Below, piece after piece: positions 62,246 through 64,000 of a stretch of DNA of 64,000 nt. Positions within the stretch are counted from its first letter, which is position 1; each line of letters opens with the position of its first letter. The position numbers and the translations under genes are program-made. Origin of the DNA: Camelus ferus. Its lineage: Eukaryota. Under the pieces are notes generated by a model. The model did no database searches, had not been told where the DNA came from, and saw nothing but the letters and a program-made list of their open reading frames with translations. The DNA lies in the NCBI RefSeq assembly GCF_009834535.1, contig NC_045698.1, positions 6,636,001 through 6,700,000 on the forward strand, written 5' to 3'.

Positions 62246-64000
62246 AAAAGACTCTAGACTACAGATCATTGGGGGTGAACTCATAGGCTGGTTTTACAGG
62301 CCACAAAGGCGCCCACTCCAAGGGCCAGGCAGGCCGGCGTTCCGTGCACAGGGCCTCTGTTCCCGAGCCAAATTGTGTCATGATGCTTCAGGGCCCTTCT
62401 GTGGATCACAAGCTTGCTGGTGACAGGAAGGATCAGAGCTGATTGTTTTGGCAAAAAGAATGATCACTGTCTGGGTTGCAGGTGGAGGACAGAGAAAAGT
62501 CAGTGTAGAATTTATTAAAAGAAAAAAACAGACTAAATGGAACCCACGTTCTTTTGAGGGGTCTCCGGGATTCAGGGCAATTCTTTTCTTTCTGTGTCCC
62601 TTCTTCACGTTGACCCCAAACCAACTCACCAATGGAGCTGGGCATTCTGATAGAGGAAACATATCTGGGTGACACTTTGGAGAATTATGGAACGAGGTCT
62701 GCACCTTGCTGAGTTTCTCGTCTCATCTATACTTACTGGCTGAGAGGTCTTGATTCCCTTCCCTCTTGAGAGAAAAGAGCAAAGTAACTGGCTGCCAGAA
62801 GACAAACTGAGATTCTTCTGCAAGATTATCAAGGAACTCAGGGTCACAGAGCTCAAAAGAAGAATGTTTTCTGGTCTCTTTCCCAAACTCACTTCCAAAG
62901 CCTGCACTAGTCCCCCCGCCAACCAAAACAAACAAATCAAGTACACTTTACATTGTGTTCCAACCTGGAGTGAGTGATCTGCTGTTTTTATTTTCATTAT
63001 ATGAGAAAAAAAAAAGTCCCTTTTCAATACTGCGCAGATACTGGGAAGGACCCTTCTTCCTATCCAAAACTTAGGGTCTGTTACTCTATTCTCATCACCA
63101 TTTGGGGCAAGTCACTCTTCCCTCCAGCCATGGTGTAAGTTCAAAGCATTGATTTCCTTGAGCCAACCTCAATAAGCAATTAATTCATGGACAGACACTT
63201 TTTAAAAATGTCTTCAAGGTATTTTACTTGACAGGGTATCTGATCAGTACAAAGACTGATGATTTCCCTCTAACATCCTAACTGATTTAGAGCTTCAGCA
63301 ACTAAACTCCAAGCATCTGTATTTGCTCCGTGGAGTGGACCCTACTGCACAGACGGCTGGGCTCAGGGATGAGTGGGGTGTGGGACATCCAGAGGCCGTT
63401 CTGCAGACACCATCTCTGGGACGCATCCTCTAAACGTCCCCCAGTGAACCATTCACCACGGGATTTCCTCTGTACCACGAGAAACCTCAAGGAGACAGAA
63501 ACCCAGCAGGTGGGCCTGGAGAAATTGTTCAAAGTTAAATAACGTTTGCAGGCATCAGCTTTCAAGTGAATGAATCTTTGCAGTTCTTACTTGCCAGCTT
63601 GCAGTTTCCTGAATGATTTCTTTTCACGAGCTGGCGATAGGACCTAGGAATTCCATCACTGCTGGCAGACAGAGAGTACATTTGGCTCCAGGCCTGACTT
63701 AGGAGTCTGCTTGGAAAGACTTGATGGCCAATAGGCGCTGCCTGGATGAGATCTCCAACCTTCCGTCTCCACCCGGCTCCAGCCCCACCCCGACCACTGC
63801 ACAGTTTCAAGAGAAGCATTTACACTGGTTTCTGTTGTGCTGCGTGTTCTGTGTTAAAAAGTGGGGGTATATAGGTAGGTGAGAAATACTTTTAACTCAA
63901 GCACCTGAGTTCAGGTGCCCTCGCCTTCCTGGCACCAGCTTTGTGACCAGGGGCCAAGGCAGCAAGAATTCAAGGTGGAGAGGAGGGAGGGCTTTGAGAG

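Noticed and set aside
63591..63643. 53-nt minus-strand exon candidate
   Set aside because: Poor polypyrimidine tract, not frame-preserving, and the peptide is unrecognised.

Overview
This is mammalian non-coding DNA, most likely from a camelid (alpaca, llama or camel). That assignment rests on three tRNA-Ala(AGC)-derived Vic-1-like SINEs, laurasiatherian-type L1 3' tails, and no recognisable Alu, B1, Bov-A/BovB, PRE-1 or SINEC elements. I cannot identify any cellular protein-coding exon. The only recognisable peptides in the ORF track are decayed LINE-1 ORF2 fragments. The window reads as a large intron or intergenic interval packed with old and young transposon relics: L1, L2, MIR, MaLR/ERV LTRs and hAT MITEs. 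Repeat-free islands between them carry enhancer- or promoter-like motif clusters and a few candidate exons. The best-supported unusual structures are: (i) a SINE+L1 chimera inside a single target-site duplication (TSD) that splits an MLT1 LTR; (ii) an intact ERV1-type solo LTR with a G-quadruplex motif; (iii) a nested and internally deleted L1; (iv) a dense RFX/NR4A/NF-Y motif module near 44.4 kb. I found no evidence for a new protein-coding system. Repeat family names come from recalled consensus sequences, not from a search, and boundaries of old elements are approximate.
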